Assembly: GCA_051117555.1 (NCBI GenBank)
Contig: JBNPEG010000251.1
Coordinates: 1 to 18,595, forward strand
Source of the DNA: Elainellaceae cyanobacterium
GTDB lineage: Bacteria; Cyanobacteriota; Cyanobacteriia; CAZCXK01
Reading direction: 5' to 3'
DNA length: 18,595 bases
The translations under genes were made by a program, and so were the position numbers. Within the stretch, counting starts at the first letter, position 1. Every line of letters starts with the position of its first letter. Of the stretch, positions 16,603-18,595 are shown one piece after another. Under the pieces are notes generated by a model. The model worked only from the letters and a program-made list of their open reading frames with translations, was not told where the DNA came from and searched no databases.

Positions 16603-16695
16603 CTGGGGAGAGGTTCCAGAAGTCGGGGCGAATAGCCAGCATTAGAACTTGTCCACTAAGATAGATCTCGGCGAGTTCTTGATGCGTCCATCCCG
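16603..16695 (+). ncRNA. candidate structured 5' leader or sRNA upstream of the ABC ATPase
   Basis: 15-bp stem 16639-16653 / 16670-16685 with three U-G pairs and one bulge; outer CGGGG/UCCCG pairing; 5' hairpin CUGGGG/UUCCAG. Confidence 0.4.
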
Positions 16696-16727
16696 TTCAT
16701 ATTAATACGCCCAACGATTTATTGTTA

Positions 16728-17405
16728 ATGCTATATCTCAGAAACCTGGTTTATCATCCTGCTGCGACACCCACAGCGATTCTGAAATCAGTCAACTTAG
16801 AACTACCGCCTCAAAAGCTTGGCCTGATTGTCGGTCCGAGTGGTTCAGGAAAGACGACGTTATTGGAGATTTTAGCGGGACTGGCCAAAAAAACGTCGGG
16901 AAACGTGCTCTGGCGGCAGCAAGAACTCACCCCCGATCATCTCCAACAGTTGGGTGGGTTGGTGTTTCAGTTTCCTGAGCGTCATTTTTGCGGTCATACC
17001 ATTTTAGAGGAGCTGCGGTTAGGGCATCCCGAACTAGGGAAAGAACGCATCGAACATGCCCTAGAAGCAGTGGGATTGTCTCATCTGCCCATGGACAAAA
17101 CGTCTCCCCAATCGCTCAGTGGTGGTCAGCAGCGACGGCTAGCGTTGGCAGTACAGCTAATTCGCCAACCCTATCTGCTGCTGTTGGATGAACCTACCGC
17201 TGGACTCGATTGGTCGATGCGGCAGCAATTAGTCAATTTATTAGCAACGCTCAAGAAAGAGTGGAGTTTGCTGGTGGTTACGCACGATGCCAGAGAACTG
17301 CTGGCGATCGCCGACTGCTGTTGGACGCTAAATCATGGAGAACTCTGCTCCGTTAAGCCGTCCGAACTTGCCGCAGCATCTGAGTCGCGCCGATCGGTTG
17401 CTTAG
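16728..17405 (+). CDS. ABC transporter ATP-binding protein (EcfA/CbiO-like)
   Basis: Walker A GPSGSGKT, Q-loop LVFQFPERHF, signature LSGGQQRR, Walker B LLLLDEPTAGLD, H-loop VTHD. Confidence 0.95.
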   Translation: MLYLRNLVYHPAATPTAILKSVNLELPPQKLGLIVGPSGSGKTTLLEILAGLAKKTSGNVLWRQQELTPDHLQQLGGLVFQFPERHFCGHTILEELRLGHPELGKERIEHALEAVGLSHLPMDKTSPQSLSGGQQRRLALAVQLIRQPYLLLLDEPTAGLDWSMRQQLVNLLATLKKEWSLLVVTHDARELLAIADCCWTLNHGELCSVKPSELAAASESRRSVA

Positions 17406-17417
17406 GAGTGATATTCG

Positions 17418-18260
17418 ATGGAAAATGCGCTGCGATCGCCCCAAGGGTCATCCGAGTACTATCCAGACTTGCCACGTCTCAACGACTATTGGCAGCAGAC
17501 TCTAGGGTGGCACCCCACTCCAGACCAACATCAGCAGTTTCGGCAGCTTTATCACTGCGTTTTAGAAGGCAATCGCCAATTTAATCTCACCCGAATCACC
17601 GAACCCACCGAATTTTGGGAAAAGCACCTGTGGGATTCGCTTCGAGGAGTTCAGGCATTCGCCAGTGTGATAGGAGAGACTGACGAAACGCATGATTCAC
17701 AACGAAGCCACAACGAAACAGAGCATTCTTCCCCTATTTCAAAGCCTCTGTCTAAGATGGCGCTGATCGACATTGGCACCGGAGCCGGGTTTCCAGGCAT
17801 CCCTGTGGCGATCGCCCATGCCGATGTGACGATGACTCTGCTCGACTCGACCCAGAAGAAAGTCGCCTTCCTAAACTCCATCTTGCCTGACCTTAGCATC
17901 ACCAATGCCAAGCCATTGACCGGGCGAGTCGAAGATATGGGGCGACATCCCCAGCATCGAGGGCACTACGATGGGGCATTACTCCGAGCCGTGGCTCCTG
18001 CCTCAGTGTGTGCTGAATATGCGCTGCCGTTGCTTAGGCAGGGAGGACACGCCATTCTGTATCGCGGGCAATGGTCGGACGACGAAGCAGAACGCCTGCA
18101 AGCAGCGGTCGACCTATTAGGCGGGGCGATCGCCCAAGTCGATGCATTTGAAACTCCCCTAAGTCACAGCACCCGCCACTGCATCGTATTAGAAAAAACG
18201 GCAAAGACACCCCCGAATTTCCCACGCGCAGTCGGAATTCCAGCCAAAGATCCCCTCTGA
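17418..18260 (+). CDS. rsmG: 16S rRNA (guanine527-N7)-methyltransferase RsmG/GidB
   Basis: FNLTRIT, HLWDSL, IDIGTGAGFPGIP, LLDSTQKKVAFL, GRVE, RAVA and FPRAVGIP motifs; SD AGGAG. Confidence 0.97.
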   Translation: MENALRSPQGSSEYYPDLPRLNDYWQQTLGWHPTPDQHQQFRQLYHCVLEGNRQFNLTRITEPTEFWEKHLWDSLRGVQAFASVIGETDETHDSQRSHNETEHSSPISKPLSKMALIDIGTGAGFPGIPVAIAHADVTMTLLDSTQKKVAFLNSILPDLSITNAKPLTGRVEDMGRHPQHRGHYDGALLRAVAPASVCAEYALPLLRQGGHAILYRGQWSDDEAERLQAAVDLLGGAIAQVDAFETPLSHSTRHCIVLEKTAKTPPNFPRAVGIPAKDPL

Positions 18261-18263
18261 CCA

Positions 18264-18293
18264 ATTTTGGATTTTGGATTTTGGATTTTGGAT
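18264..18293. repeat. STRR-type heptamer tandem repeat (ATTTTGG)4
   Basis: Four exact units from 18264 to 18291 plus AT. Confidence 0.9.
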
Positions 18294-18319
18294 GGGTCGA
18301 TTCGTCGATGCAAGAAAGT

Positions 18320-18595
18320 CTGGCGGTTATAGACGCTTGCGGATTCTCGAAGGGTAAACCGCGACTATACAAACAAAGTGCGCATAGGCGGATTTAAAAC
18401 AGAACAACAAGGTTTGGAACCTGCGCAGGCAGGTTTTGCTCGTGTAGCCTGCGTTTCGCAAGCGACATGTAATACCAATTCTCTAGAGACCGGCTACAGA
18501 TAAAGCGTCCAAAATAGACTGCCTTCCTGCGATCGAGGCAACGATGGGAGGGGTTGAGGCGAGCAAACGCTCCCGTATCAGTTGGCGCAACTCAT
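18320..18595. mobile_element. cluster of REP/MITE-like repeats, running off the window end
   Basis: Diverged inverted pair (…CCGCGACTATACAAACAAAG… and AACCTGCGCAGGCAGGTTTTGCTCGTGTAGCC); TAATACCAATTCTC at 18470-18483 looks like a MITE terminus. Confidence 0.45.

Larger units (their letters stand above)
1321..18133. repeat. HIP1 octamers (GCGATCGC), dispersed
   Basis: At least 20 copies counted by eye (1321, 3077, 4134, 4792, 6104, 6975, 7647, 8022, 8331, 9754, 13363, 13431, 14442, 15595, 16165, 16540, 17304, 17432, 17808, 18126) versus about 0.3 expected by chance. Confidence 0.95.

Noticed and set aside
16620..16640. GGGGCGAAT resembling part of the c-di-AMP (ydaO) riboswitch
   Set aside because: Other conserved ydaO elements are absent.
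18034..18372. 112-aa minus-strand ORF containing PKSKIQNPK
   Set aside because: That peptide is just the translation of the ATTTTGG heptamer repeat; the rest is antisense to rsmG.

Overview
Cyanobacterial chromosomal window: at least 20 HIP1 GCGATCGC octamers, STRR-type heptamer repeats and cyanobacteria-typical gene families. It is mostly housekeeping and stress genes, in this order: YaaW-like protein, an EF-G paralogue, BCP/PrxQ peroxiredoxin, a secreted acidic PPC-like protein, UspA, a pterin-4a-carbinolamine dehydratase with an apparent signal peptide, DUF427, a cNMP-binding protein plus an NTT/MFS-HEAT transporter, infC, ComF, a Cys-repeat protein, a Sll0314/Alr1548-type TPR protein, an EcfA/CbiO-like ABC ATPase and rsmG. 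The most unusual item is a 77-aa ORF (4113-4346). It aligns without gaps to the N-terminus and first transmembrane helix of the photosystem II D1 (PsbA) family, has an N-terminal extension reminiscent of ChlF/super-rogue D1, and has no psbA body behind it. It is a candidate D1-derived miniprotein. Also noted: two candidate structured RNAs (3' of infC; 5' of the ABC ATPase), a near-perfect NtcA box, and several small mobile or palindromic repeat families. All family assignments are by eye or from memory; no database searches were run.
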